A DNA stretch of 64,000 nt from Nemertoderma westbladi (taxonomy: Eukaryota; Animalia; Xenacoelomorpha): assembly GCA_032718475.1 (NCBI GenBank), contig JAUCBJ010002501.1, positions 1 through 64,000 on the forward strand, given 5' to 3'. A program made the translations under genes and the position numbers. Every line of letters begins with the position of its first letter. Within the stretch, counting starts at the first letter, position 1. This document shows, piece by piece, positions 37,114 to 50,759 of this stretch. The notes under the pieces are model-generated. The model was not told where the DNA came from. It saw only the letters and a list, made by a program, of their open reading frames with translations, and did no database searches.

Positions 37114-38376
37114 TTAATATAGAGTACTCCCTCTAGCTCTAATGATAACTAGATAGCTAATGATTATGATGAGAAATGGAACGATGGGAAGACTAATCAA
37201 TGAGGCAGCTGATTGGAAACCAAAATAGTCATCTAACATTCCTCCAAAGAGCGCACCTATGATGTTTCCACAAGCCAAAGATAACCTAACAATTTGTTGA
37301 ACCAATGTCCGTATATCGACGTTGTCTGTTCTGTCCTTTAATGCAATGCGAGTTAGAGTTTCTGTACCGCAACTAATAAACAATCCTACACCAACTCCGA
37401 GAAAACAGCATCCAAATATTGACAATGGCAGACTCAATGGTAACCCTAGCAACTGTGTTGGTCCAATCAATTGCATGGAAATTATTATTGAAACATATCC
37501 TATGATGGTGGGATACACTGGGTTTAGAAGTGAACATTTCTGCATTACAAAACTCATTGCAAACACGGTTGCAGCAGATGAAACAACATTCCCCACCATG
37601 ATCAATCCGATGTTCATTTGTGGCATTTCGTAAACATCATGGACATACACAGCGTAGTTTGCAGCATAATATAGATATGTTGTTTCGCCAACTATTGTCA
37701 AAATCGATAGTGTACTAGTACAAAAGTTGCTAAGCAATGAAATCAAGTCGGGTCTTGGTTCGGTAGATGACGATCTGTCAAGTATATTTTCTGGAGACTC
37801 GAAACAACAATATAAATTTACAACCAATATGGTAATTCCTGGAATTAAAAATGCTCCTCTAAATCCAATGGTTGTGTATAAGAATGACCCAAGCACAGGT
37901 GCAGACGTCAAGCCTAATCCAAGCATCACTTGTGAGATTCCAACAACCATAGTTCGATTGTGAGGATATAGATCCATTAGTAAGCTGAAACTAAAGATGT
38001 AACTGATGTTTCCTCCAATAGCATCTAAAGTTCTAAAGATAAAGCATGTACAAATATGAACAGTATTGTTGGTGATATCCTCCACAAATCCGAATGCTGA
38101 AAGAGAAAGTGCTCCAAGGATCCCAAACACACCATAGGAGAGGCGACTTCCGAGATTTATAATGGAGTTTCCACATGTGATGAATATGATAAGTCGTGCA
38201 GCTGGGTATATAGCTAGCACACTACCAGTCATGGTCTTAGACCAGTTACGACCTTCGACAACAATTGGGAAAAAGGAGTCTAAAAGTGCAAAGCACAACC
38301 CTGGAATAACCTGGGAGAAAAAGAGAAATCCTGTGAGTATTATTTTCCTGCGGTTGATATCCATTATAGTTATCAT
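37114..38376 (-). CDS. SLC18B1: Intronless SLC18B1-like MFS transporter, copy B
   Basis: Intact ORF of the same length; about 11 aa differences from copy A. Confidence 0.82.
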   Translation of the reverse strand: MITIMDINRRKIILTGFLFFSQVIPGLCFALLDSFFPIVVEGRNWSKTMTGSVLAIYPAARLIIFITCGNSIINLGSRLSYGVFGILGALSLSAFGFVEDITNNTVHICTCFIFRTLDAIGGNISYIFSFSLLMDLYPHNRTMVVGISQVMLGLGLTSAPVLGSFLYTTIGFRGAFLIPGITILVVNLYCCFESPENILDRSSSTEPRPDLISLLSNFCTSTLSILTIVGETTYLYYAANYAVYVHDVYEMPQMNIGLIMVGNVVSSAATVFAMSFVMQKCSLLNPVYPTIIGYVSIIISMQLIGPTQLLGLPLSLPLSIFGCCFLGVGVGLFISCGTETLTRIALKDRTDNVDIRTLVQQIVRLSLACGNIIGALFGGMLDDYFGFQSAASLISLPIVPFLIIIISYLVIIRARGSTLY

Positions 38377-38751
38377 TGATGGACCACCATATAAAAAACA
38401 CAAGAAATAAAATATAGCACAATATATAACTATATAATACCAGAAGACTTATAAATAACCTACTTTACTGTACTTGTTTACATTTATTTTACAATTATTT
38501 TAGGGTTTTCTTTTGGCTAGAGTTATTGGGATGACAGCAGAGTGAAGTTCTCCACTGAGAAATAGTGATAGTGAAGAATGGTCCTACACACAGTGATGTC
38601 CACTATACCTTTCATGTAAGTATATAGTAAATGTTTAGAATGATCTTGGTAGGTAATATTTTTGTCAACAACATTCTGATGGAAACCCAACTGGCATCTT
38701 TGGGGTTTTTCCTAAAAATTACCATATTCTACATCGGATCATGACTTATTA

Positions 38752-38942
38752 GGCCGCGTTCACATTACCGAGTCAAAGTCAAAAGACAAAAATGTAAAAC
38801 ACATCACATGAAATTTAATTTTTTCTAGAATGCCCTTATGTATTATATTAGGCCTATATAATGTATTATTATTTATTATTGCAAGCTAGCTATAATTATT
38901 TTCTTTTGACTTTGACTGTGACTTGGTAGTGTGAACGCGGCC
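38752..38942. mobile_element. PIF/Harbinger (Tourist-like) MITE
   Basis: TTA-GGCCGCGTTCACA...TGTGAACGCGGCC-TTA; TIRs extend through GTCAAAGTCAAAAGA. Confidence 0.88.
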
Positions 38943-41063
38943 TTATGCAAAAACAATACGATTTTCGAATCTCAAGTTCGAAAAAAGTGTTCCAGAACTT
39001 TTTTACTCACCATTATTCCAATGGAAACAGCCACGGTCTCAAGTTATAAAGTGTGCTAATCTTAAAGACTATGAACTTTTAAGGTGAAAGAATTTAAAAG
39101 AGAAATTCAATAACACAATTGCATAAACTCATAATAAAATCTAATATATTTAAAAACCATTCATCAATTGCAATAGATGTATTAAATTCAACTATCTGCC
39201 AAATACATTCAAAATACATAATTACATATTCGTCTCCAGCAAAAATAAGTGAGGTGTGACTGGATTTAAAATTGACAAAAAAGTGTGTCCTATAGCGTTA
39301 CATCATAGTATTCTCCATAGAGATTACTATGATGTAAGTTAAACAGTTATGGAAATAAATATGTACAATTTAATATATTATAGGGAAGAAATCGGATAAA
39401 ATGTCTTAACCATTCCTTGAGAGGATTTCTTAATGGCAATTTATATAAAACCCTCAATGATCCTCAACTGGGCATCAGTGTGATTATTGATGACAATCGT
39501 ATTACCATAATACAAAATATTTACTATATACTCCCATGCAAGGTTCAGTGAATAAAAGTTCGTTCAATAAATATGCCGGATTATCAGTGAGGTTTCATGC
39601 AAGATCCATGCATGATTAGTATTAATTCATTCAGTCATATGTGGAATCAACTTCAGGGTATCAATAATGAATTTATATGGGGATATAAAAATTCATTTGA
39701 AGTGTCATGGGTGACACACTTGCTTTTATTATCTTTATTATGGTGGTTGATTATTTACTGCGAATTTCTCAACATAATACAGATGGTGTGGAAATACAAA
39801 CAGACTGTGGTAGTAGCTGCCAGTAGTGCGAGAAAAGCGCCAATATATTTATTGGACCTAGACTTTGCTGATGATGATCTGTGTTTAAAGTCAGCAAAAT
39901 TGGATGGTGCAAAAGCAGCATTCATTGTCAATGTATCTATAAATGCTATGAATTCCAAAATTTTGATTCTAAACTTGGATTCCCCCCAGCAAGTCTTTGA
40001 CTGTTAGAGTCTTCATTAAGATTTTGGTTGAAGTTATTGATCATGTAGTAGACTTCAGCTACCTGTGCTGTGAGAAATAAAGTTTGTATTAAATATATTT
40101 ACTTTACAAAGTCAACATATTTTTGTAAACATTAGCGTCTTGGGGCTTTATAACAGCCCTTTTTAGTTTCTTATTTTAGAAAAACTACATCCCTTGAAGA
40201 TTAAAACACCTATATGGGTCTAAGGGTCACAAATACAAAAACTGAAAATATTTTGTCGAGATTTTTTTGTTACTAGATGTACGGAAAATGCTTTATTTGC
40301 AGTAAGTGCAGGTAGCATTGAAATTTACAAGTAGTGAAAAGCATAAGCTAGACTCATCGCCAAAACCGACCACAACTACCACACTGCTATGAAGGCTCAG
40401 GATATATGTACCAATTAATATGGTTTGCGTTTAAGTTAAAAAGTCAAATAATTCGGTCGTTGATAGATCGTGATCCACACCAGCTTCCAAGGTGGGGGTG
40501 GGACCATCACAGGTCAAATGCGAGGTGACATTTAGTAACTGCGACGACAGAGGTTTAGCCAAACCTCTGTCGGTCATAGCTTGATGAGTGCAACACAACT
40601 AGAGTAAGGCAACGATTCTGAACATTTTTTTAAATTCCATGCACTTCACTATTTTTGAGAAGATGAAAAATGTTGTTAATATATGTGGCAGTGAAAGCGA
40701 AAAGGTACCTTAAGGTGAAATTGAGGTTTTTGAGTTAGATATTGCATGTGATTGGCCAACATCTCAGCTCTCTAATGAGCTATAAATCATCCTGATTGGA
40801 TGAGTACATCAAGAGTTATTAGAAATTAAGTATTGGCAAGACAACCAGATGGAAAATATACTATTATGAGTAAATCGCGTTTAAAATTTTAATAGTATTT
40901 TAATAGTCGTAGGGATTACTTACAAAATATCTTGAAAGTGAGTTTGCTAAATCGGAGTGGGTCTGTTGTTGTGTTGTGATGTTGAGGCTTGAGGGGCAAA
41001 ATGTGTAATAGGAATGTATATTAGCAAACTAATGAACAACGATGCTGCCTTTTTTTTCTAGCC

Positions 41064-41864
41064 TGGGACTTCGAGCAGCACGTGATCAACTAAGCTGGAT
41101 GGTTATCTAAGGCAGGGACTTCGAGCACCACGTGAACAACTATGCTGGGTTTTTATCTAGTCTGGGACTCCGAGCAGCACATGAACAACTAGGGTAGCTA
41201 GTTATCTAGTTTGAGACTTCGAGCAGTACGTGAATAACTAAGGTAGCTAGTTATCTAGTATGGGACTTCGAGCAGCACGTGAACAACAAAGCTAGATAAT
41301 TATCTAGTTTGAGACTTTGAGCAGCATGCGAACAACTAAGGTAGCTTAGTCTGGGACTTCAAGCAGCGCGGGAACAAGTAAGCTAACTATGATTATCTAT
41401 TTTGGGACTTCGAGCAGCACGTGAACAACAAAGCTAGCTAGTTATCTAGTTTGAGACTTCGAGCAGCACATGAACAACTAAGGTAACTATGGTTGTCTAA
41501 TTTGGGACTTCGAGCAGCACGTAAACAACTAAGGTAGCTAGTTATCTAGTTTGGGACTTCGAGCAGCACGTGAACAACAAAGCTAGCTAGTTATCTAGTT
41601 TGAGACTTCGAGCAGCACGTGAACAATAAAGGTAGCTAGTTATAGTAGACTAGTCTGGGACTTCGAGCAGCACGTGAACAACAAAGGTAGCTAGTTATCT
41701 AGTCTGGGACTTCGAGCAGGACGTGCACAAATATGCTACGTTTTTATCTAGTTTGGGACTTCGAGCAGCACGTAAACAACAAAGCTATCTAGTTATCTTG
41801 TTTGAGACTTCGAGCAGCACGTGAAAAACTGAGGTAGCTAGTTATCTGGTCTGGGACTTCGAGC
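41064..41864. repeat. 49-bp minisatellite, 17 units
   Basis: Consensus GGGACTTCGAGCAGCACGTGAACAACTAAGGTAGCTAGTTATCTAGTTT. Confidence 0.93.
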
Positions 41865-41866
41865 GA

Positions 41867-42226
41867 CATTGTGTCAAGTACAATGCACACATCTCCAACC
41901 AGACACTATATAACATTGGAGGTGTCTCATTGGTTCCCCCAAGCTTGACACTAGAGCGGGATCGCCTCCGCTTTGCAGGACATTGCTTTCGCCGTGAGGA
42001 CCAGCCAGTGCATAATCTTGTACTTTGGCAGCCTCATGGAGTGAATAAGCATGGTGGACAGCCCATGACTTTCTTGAGACGCATCTTAAAGGACACTGGC
42101 CTTAAAGATGCGGATGATCTAGCAAATGTCATGGGTGATAGGGAGTTGTGGCGGTGCAATTTTGTTGACAAGCCGGCACAGCATTCTTAAAAATGCAGCT
42201 GCAATGCAGCATGCCGATCCTAGTAG
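41867..42226 (+). mobile_element. RTE 3' fragment inserted in the last minisatellite unit
   Basis: ORF 41930-42190 is the RTE C-terminus; the unit resumes as AGCACGTGAACAAC after the TAGT tail. Confidence 0.9.
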
Positions 42227-44976
42227 CACGTGAACAACAAACCTCAAAAACCCGTATACGTTCAGAATTATCAATCGAAACACAACAATTTTTTATTTGA
42301 CATTTTTTACTTGTACTTTTCGTCCTGGGGTCAAAAATAGCACCAAAAATGGTGGTTGTATCGCTAAAAATATTTTTAACATTTTTTATCGTGATCAGCG
42401 ACCTCAAAAACCCGCATACATTCAGAATTATCAATCGAAACACACCATTTTTTAATTTGACATTTTTTTACTTGTACTTTTCGTCTTGTGGGTCCCAAAT
42501 AGCACCAAAAATGATGGTTGCATTACCAGAAAATATTTTTAAGATGTTTTATCGTGTTTAATGACCTCGAAAACCCTTATACCATCAAAATTATAATTTT
42601 TGAGCCAAGATCTAAAAATTTATAAAATGACTGACAACACTTAACAGATAAACAGACAAACAGACGGACAGACAGACCGATTGACAAACAAACATATTGA
42701 AAATAACTGGAAGATAGTTTTCTATTGGAATAATAAGGCATATAAATTAATTTATAAGAGTAAATCTACATAGAACAACATAATATCTATCGGGAATGAG
42801 ATTTAAATTTCAAAACTTCTGACTACTCTCAATCAAAGCTGATTATCTCCAAAACTAAGCTAGCTGTTAACATACCGTTAACAGATTTGGATTCCTCATT
42901 AAAAACTGCATATATCACATTGAAAATAAAAAAATTGAAAATTTTGACTAGAAAATTTAATTTTTCTTTAAGTGCGATTTTCTCAAAACGTACAGTTTCT
43001 CAGTAATATGGCTTCGTTCGCATTCATCATGTAATTTTGGGTTGACAACACTATAGGCAGAGAGTTTTGCCATCATAGTAATCTTTACACGGGTTCACAT
43101 ATGAAGATGTAGTTTGGCAAATGTCGCAATAGGTTAGCTTTGAAGAGATCAGGGAATTATCTATTCAAAACAAAGTTAAAAGTTATTACCAATTTTGGAT
43201 AACCCAAAAACGATAAAAATCAAAAAATTCTAAAAATCTTCAGGCTAGGGTTCATCGCCCATGTTATGGGGTTATAGAGAATTATGGTGCATCGCCGGCT
43301 TTACTTATTTAAAGGTAGGGGTCAGTCTTTCCAATCAATTACTTTATATTGCGTCATAAGTCAATAGCGTATTGCTATTGTTACTTAGTTGTTATGTCGC
43401 ATTATAATAATCCATGGCCGTTCACTATGGATTATTATATTACCAGTAAAGTGTTGCGGTACGACGCCATCCTTTGTTATTACAAGGACTATTAAATCCT
43501 TCAAAGCCAAGGTAAATTAAATTATAATAATTCCGTACATAATAATATTTATTAGTATACGTAGCTACAAGTCTTTATTATAGTATTATTAAGTCTAGTA
43601 TTGTTGTAAAGAAAGAAATCTCTCAGTTTTGAATTTCAGAAATGCCCCTCAAAATTAATAATATACTATTTCAATAAAATATTAATTTGATATTGATGGA
43701 CCTATTTTATTTCTTTATTATTACAGAATAACCTTAACACCTTAATAAAGAAATCCAACCCTAAAGACAGTAGTTGCGATGTTGTAACCTCAAACTCTGC
43801 TAAGTATTCAATAGAGGATCATATCAAATGAATGAATAACACCAGTTCAGTTCCGTATCTTACATATTATATTTAGTTACCAAAAATATTTAATAGTAAT
43901 TTATATCAAATGTAATTACATAAATGATGTAAATTCTATGATGATTCATATTAATATAGATTTGAAGATATAACTTACTACTACTACTACTACTAAACAC
44001 TACTGACATAAATGTATGCAAATGTCAAGTCATATCATATTGTGAATAAAATTGCGAAATTGTTTTCGTAATAACAATTTTCATAAAATTGTCCTTCATA
44101 TTTGCGAAAAAATATAGTGTTACTGAAATAATATTTACCGTATTATATTTTACAATTAATTTATGTTTGCCAAATGCTAATAATTGTGTTATTAGTACAA
44201 AATAAAGTGGCTAACACAAAAGGTTTTGTATGGATATCCCACTCAAATTATCTTAGGAAACAAACTGGTCAACCATGTGTTAGGGGTATAAAATTAAACT
44301 CCCTATCTCATGAACGTAAATATCCTTCATGCTTTTATGATGGTTTAGCATTTGCTCATCAACATCAAAGGAGATCCTGTTAGAACTTAACTGTATTTCA
44401 GTAATAATTGTTTTGGTAGTTGTTCTCCTATAACAACATCATACAGCACAAAGCAATTAATTTAATTCTTGTAAGGAGATTACAAATATTATTATCCCGC
44501 ACAATTCCTGTTTCAAACGATTTATAACCAACTTAATTATCACTGGCATTGGATTTTATATTGTGACACAAATGCTCTACGACTACTACTATCGGCATGC
44601 TGCATTGCAGCTGCATTATATATATTACATTTATATTAGGAATGCTGTGTCGGGATGTCGACAAAATTGCGCAGCCGAAACTCCCTATCCGCATCATCAA
44701 TACCATTCATTGTCTGTTAAGAGGCGTCTGGGAGAAAGTCATGAGCTGTCCGGGCTTGCGAAAGTCATGGGGGGGAGGGAGTTGTGGCGGTGCAACTTTG
44801 TTGATAAGCCGGCATATCATTCTTAATTCACGCTGCATTGGGCCTGTCAATTGTGGATTGCATGGTGGTGACAAAATGTGGGACTGTGCTGTGCAAATCT
44901 TTAGTTTGTTTAGCACTGTTAGAATTTATAAGTTTGTCTTACAGTGTTTCATAAGATAATTAATTAATGTAGAAAG

Positions 44977-46486
44977 TACGGAGCCCCTAAAGGGACATTT
45001 AAAAAAATTATTTTTTTCGCTAACTCGTACGAACGACATACTAAGTCGTGCGAACGACTTACTAAGTCGTGCGAACGACATACTAAGTCATGTGAAAGAC
45101 ATACTAAGTCGTGCAAACGACTTAACTCACTCGTGCGTAAGACTTAGTAACTCGTGCTTTAACTACTTACTTACTTACTACTTACTTAACTACGACTTAC
45201 TAACTTTACTTTGATAGGCTAAATAATACTGGTAATAAAAGTACAACCTTTTTAGCGGAATTTTCAATTCAATCTACAGCATTGTTGTTGATGGCATTAT
45301 TGGTTGAAAATTTTATTATCGATGTCTGAACGTGCTCTGTTAATATTGACGTCCTTTAACTTAGGCTGACAATACAACCGACATATTGTAGCAAATTATA
45401 ATATATTTAACACATTAATTTTATTGTAACTAAGTCACTGAATTGCTGTATTATCTACGGTTGGGGCTGTTAGATAAGCTGATTATAGTGTCAGGTGTAG
45501 TTGTGTCTCACTATTGTATCAAACAGCTGTAGTCGAAATCTCAGGTTTTGGGGGGAGGTGAGATAGGTCCTACTATTTATAGTATTTTACAATATTGTGA
45601 CTCCACCACAATATTCGATTTAAATAAAGTACGTACCCGTATTTCACTTTCAGGCTCTTGTTTCAAATTTCACTCATTCGCTTACACTCGTTCTTTATAA
45701 AATTAATTCGAATAAGTAATGCTTAACATCCCTAATGAAACCAGTGGGTGCATGGATGGATATACCCGGAAAATGATTTGGTTGAACGTGTATAACACCA
45801 ACAATGACAGTAAAGTTATCGGGGGCTACTTCCTGGAAGCGATAACTGAGAACAAGGGTGCTCCGCGGATTGTTCTTGGGGATTTTGGAACAGAAAATGT
45901 TAGCATTCGAGTCTTTCAGAAGTTCATCCGTAGAGATCACACTGACAATATGCAACAGACCTGTTACATCGATGGCGCGAGCACAGCTTAGGATAATTTC
46001 ATTATTTAGTTTTAAAGCAGATCAAATTAGTCCGTATGATAGGCCTAAGTAAAAGTACGTCGATATTAACAGAGCGCGTTCAGCCATTGATAATAATATT
46101 TTCATCAATAATGCCATCAACAACAATGCTGTAGATTGAATTGAAAATCCCACTAAAAAGGTTGTACTTTTATTACCAGTATTATTTAGCCAATCAAAGT
46201 AAAGTTAGTAAGTTGTTTGCAACGACTTAGTAAGTCGTTCGCAACGACTTAGTAAGTCGTTCGCACGACTTAGTATGTCGTTTGCACGAGTAAGTTAAGT
46301 CGTTCGCACGACTTAGTAAGTCGTTCGCACGACTTAGTATGTCGTTCTTACAGGGTTAGTTAAGTCGTTCTCACGACTTAGTATGTCATTCGCACAACTT
46401 AGTAAGGCGTTCGCACGACATACTAAGTCGTTTGCACCAGTTAGCGAAAAAAAAAAAAATTTCAATGTCCCTTTAGGTGCTCCGTA
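44977..46486 (+). mobile_element. IS3EU-like element, copy B
   Basis: TACGGAG...CTCCGTA; flanks agaaag/agtaag; integrase remnant 45719-45991. Confidence 0.8.
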
Positions 46487-48308
46487 AGTAAGTGTAAGAT
46501 AATAATATAAATTGGAGATGAGCTGTTGCAACTGTAATCAATGATGTAATGTAAATTGTTTTGTTCAGAAGTGGAAAAAATGAGAAAGAGCGTCACCAGG
46601 GGTTGAAGATAATAAGTGTAAGTAGAAAAATATTACACGAAAATATTACAAATCTTAATGATATTGTATCAAATTTTAAAACATATTCTCACTGGTAGTT
46701 TAGGTTAGCCTCATAACTTTTTAGGTTTTTCTATTTATTAATTATTTTTAACTTAGAAAATTTTTCTGGGTGATGATTCTGATTTACTATTTTCACTTTC
46801 AAACTTTTCACTTTCCAGTGGTAGAGAGGCTCTGAGACCAACTTGTGCTTGAAATATATTATGTCACAAATGCAGTCCACAGCACCTGGTGGTATTTCCC
46901 CAGGGTGCCAGGAATAAAGGAAGATTATGTAGTTGTTATTATTATTTACTGGTAAACGAGTGGGTACCGGTAGCCTAGCTTTGGCAGGAATACTGATAAT
47001 GAAACACAGTCTGGCAGTACCTAACAGTAACCGACTCCGATTTACTGCCTGAATGTGTGCTGTGACATAAACTGAATGTGTGCTGTCGCATATAATGAAA
47101 ATTGAGTTAATTGCTAATAAGCCATTCTATACCACTGGACGTGTATACTGTTAGCCTATGTTGGTTGAATTGCAGCATCATAGAGTGGCCGCAAATAGTC
47201 TAATGTTATTGTGGGCATGAAATCAAAGAGAAATGGAAAACAGATAAATGTCCAGTGTGCCTACAACCACTTCCACCGCCGGATTGCGAACCTACTCTGC
47301 TGCTATCGAAATTTGGAAATTGCTACCAGGTAGGCCTACCAGTACCACGGATTCATTAACTATATCGTGACAGCCAAAGAAGAAATCCACTGGTTTGAAA
47401 CAGGTTGCTGCAGTTCATAGATCGGTAATTCCATGGTCAGAATTGGAAGGTAGTGAAAGTATAATAATGTACTATACATAATATACCAATACCCAAACAA
47501 TGCAGTACTGTTGATTTAGCACCAGAGGTTAAGCTCAAGTGTGACAAGAACAATATTGATGAAGGAGTTACAGTTTATCACAAACTAATCAGAACATTTG
47601 TGGTGGATTTGAAAGAACGTGAAGTCAAATATACCATTGCAGAAAGTGTTTGTGAAGTTCACTCACATTTAAAAGAGCACTACAGTGTTTCTAACAACCT
47701 TTCATTTGTGCTATGATTATAAAGCTAAAAGGAACAAAGACGCAAAAGACGGTGATTCAGATTTAAAGATAGCATCGTGAACAAAATGCACTTCTAGTGA
47801 AGTAGAGAATGAAGAATCGGAATATGTGTGGGGAATGATATGGCATGGGAAGGTGGTGGTTTACAAAACGTAACTTTATTGTCAGAATATTAATTCCCCA
47901 ACTGCCATTGCTTGTGTGTCAGATCTTCATCTTGTCTGTGGTCATATTAGCTCCAATTCCAGCTCAATGTCCTCCTTGTCTTGCATCAATAATTTTATAG
48001 GTTCAAAGGCTACATTTATTAACATTATAATAATAAATAGAGCAATCTCAAGGAGATATTAAAATTTTAAATAAACCTATGATTTTTAATAAATTCCATA
48101 TTAATAGTGTGATAATCTGTAAGCTAGAGTTCTTTTCACTAGTTCTATTAAATTTAGTAGTGATTAGTAGTTATTAGTAGTTAGTAGTGATTATAGTAGG
48201 TAGCTGTGATTGGTTATTTTTGTATTTGGTTATATTACTTAATATTTGGAATAAATATCTGTAAGCAGAAGTGGTCTAAATATAGTAGCTGGATCATGCA
48301 ATCGCGAG

Positions 48309-50759
48309 GTGTCGTTCGACGTTACTCCAATCGAGAAACGCGTGCCGTGGCTTGTCGACACCCCTATGGGAATGGATCTGAACGGGGAAGTGGAGGGGCT
48401 GGGCACAAGGTTGGCGGCGGTCTCCATAGGTATCCCGGACACGGGGGATTCCAACGTGGCGAGAAGGTTATTCCGGGGTGCGAGTGTTGAACCCCAACCC
48501 CCAGGGTATGTAGGAAGCACGAGTACACCCATCGAACAGCCCACCCGGGATGGGGAGGATGTCCTAACTGTGTTCGGGTCTGCTACACCAGAGAGAACTG
48601 GCACCCCAACTAGATACGTTAAGAGAGTCAAGTTAACGGAGCCGATGGGACGACGAATCCCGGGACACGAGAAAGAAAACTCGAGGATTGAGGTCGCTCC
48701 GTTGATCTACAAACCAATGACGGTACCCGCCAGATGGAGGTACCTTGCTCCAGTGAGTGAGGACCCCACCACTGAGGCGGTGATAGGCGAGTTACACAGG
48801 TCCATCGAACATGAGGTTCGGAGTGTAAGTACCACGAAGAGAGCTACGAGGAACCTCTCGGAGGAGCAGAGTAAACTCTTAAGGGAAATAAAGAAGAAGA
48901 AAGCAATCGCGATTGTACGAGGTGATAAAACTGGAAATGTAATAATTGTAGATGAGCGAATTAAACAGAAGGAAATCGGTAGGATACTGGCCGATAAAGA
49001 AACATATCAGGAACTCCCATGGGAACCCACCAGCAAGTACATAGCAGATTTAAAGAAAACTATTCAGGATATGGATCTGGTAGACGGACTGTTGAAAGAC
49101 TTTCTAGTCATGAAACGGCCAAAGATGGGGTACGTATACCTGTTGTTTAAAGACCACAAGGACATCGACCAGTGGATTGTTTGGGAGAAAGAGGATGATG
49201 ACGAGGATGGATTCGACACCATCACACCTAAAGCAAGGCTGAACGTATCCACAGCGGGGACATCGGTTGAGCGCCCAGCGAAACTGTTGAACTCGTGGAT
49301 ACAACCGCTGTTCGGTAGGATGCCCCACTACGCCAGGGATTCATATTCCGTGAAGGAATCCATCCCGAGTGACACCTACCCAGAGTTGACGTTCATGTCC
49401 CTCGATGATATCGACATGTACCCGTTGATCACGTTCGACATAGCCGTGGACGCCGTTACGGCGGCAGTTAAAGAGAACCCCGACTTAGTAGAACGAACAG
49501 GGATTGATGTACAACAGATTATTTTAATATTAAAGTATGTAAACACTCACACATATTTTGAGTTTAACAAGGTTGTTTACGTATTGATAAAGGGGCTCGG
49601 GATGGGTGTCCCAGCGGGTAAGGCGAGATTGCCGTACTAGCAGTCCATCGTATACACACACACGTCAGTTTAATATCACTGTATGGTGCAATATTTTTTC
49701 AAACATTCGTGGACGATGGTCTGTCCATTTTTGATCATACTGTGCCGGACTTAGTAAAAGATAGTATTACGGAGGATTACAACACTGCCTGTGCGTCTGT
49801 TTATGGGGTAAATAATGTTAAATTCACGTTTGAAGTTTCCAGTACCGGTACAGTATTTTTGGATATGGAACTGTATAGGAACAGTGAAGGGAAAGATCGG
49901 CACAAAAGTGCACTTTAAACCATTGTCAAGGAAACTACGGATCCCGTTTCATAGCAACCACGATACACAGTTGTTGAAATCGGTGGCCAGAGGCCAACTG
50001 TTGAGATTCTAGCGGCTTACAGGGGGTGGATTTAATTATGAGTGTGCGCGAGATAGGTACCTTACCAACCTATGGGTTTCTGGATATCCGATAGAGTTCC
50101 TTGAACGTATCCGGGGTGCATGTTGGGAAAGTAAATCGAGGGTACTGGTAAGCCGGAAGGATGATGATGTGACACGATGTTATTTAGCGATAGACAGGAG
50201 GTTTAAGTCCTGCACTAAGAAGGTGCTTAGCAGGAACAAGGCAGAGTTAGGCAGGAACCAACTCCAAGTAGCAGTAACCAGTAAAGGAGGGTTGAACATA
50301 GGTCACTCGCTGGTGGTAAAGTGTGAGCGCCGTGAAGAGAGGTGAAACCGATCCTGTAACCGTAAATGTCTCACGTGTCCGCACATGTACGACCTACAGG
50401 TTCTACCATGGGGGGAACAGGTCAGGGCCTCGTTTAACTGTAGGTCAGCCAACGTACTGTACATAATCACCTGTAAGGACCACCCATGGGGCTTTTACAT
50501 AGGACAGACAGAACAGGAACTGCGGGAGAGAATGAACAAGCACAGATCGATTATCAATGCGTATAGGAAACACCCCCCAATCGACTACACTGAGTTGTCC
50601 GAGTATTTACTGTATGAGCACTTTCGCTGCTGCCCATGGGGCAGCTTTCGGATCTCAGCGTTCAGCCAGTTCAGATCAAACAAGGCTAGGATCCAAGCGG
50701 AAGCCAACTACATTTTCCAGTTTAGACCCCCGTGGAACAAGGGCAGACCGGCTGTCTGA
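48309..50759 (+). pseudogene. PLE RT-GIY-YIG polyprotein, disrupted
   Basis: GDKTGNVIIVD, KDHK, SLDDIDMYP, YFEFN..GLGMG, FVDD, FLDMEL, SNH, GYP, CNRKCLTC, NVLYIITC..FYIGQT..LRERMNKH, EANYI..PPWN. Frameshifts near 49620 and 49890; stops at 50010 and 50343. Confidence 0.9.

Larger units (their letters stand above)
40687..43002. mobile_element. Composite insertion unique to copy B (minisatellite, nested RTE, Helentron/DINE-like part)
   Basis: Empty site catatgtaatatggct at ~56145-56160. 42227-42750 has ~165-bp repeats with GACCTC(A/G)AAAACCC and a (CAGA/CAAA)n tract. Family assignment tentative. Confidence 0.6.
30602..48308 (-). repeat. Segmental duplication copy B (inverted relative to A; corresponds to A 15210 to 1251)
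   Basis: Collinear reverse-complement match; ends at ..GCAATCGCGAG where the PLE begins. Confidence 0.93.

Noticed and set aside
41064-41864. CRISPR-like array (conserved ~26-nt core plus variable part)
   Set aside because: The variable parts are homologous to each other, there are no cas genes and the context is eukaryotic; it is a minisatellite.
50343-50345. In-frame TGA in the PLE as selenocysteine (as in some Naiad PLEs)
   Set aside because: The ORF also has a TAG stop and frameshifts, the EN is C-terminal, and the position fits GGA>TGA before the Cys linker.
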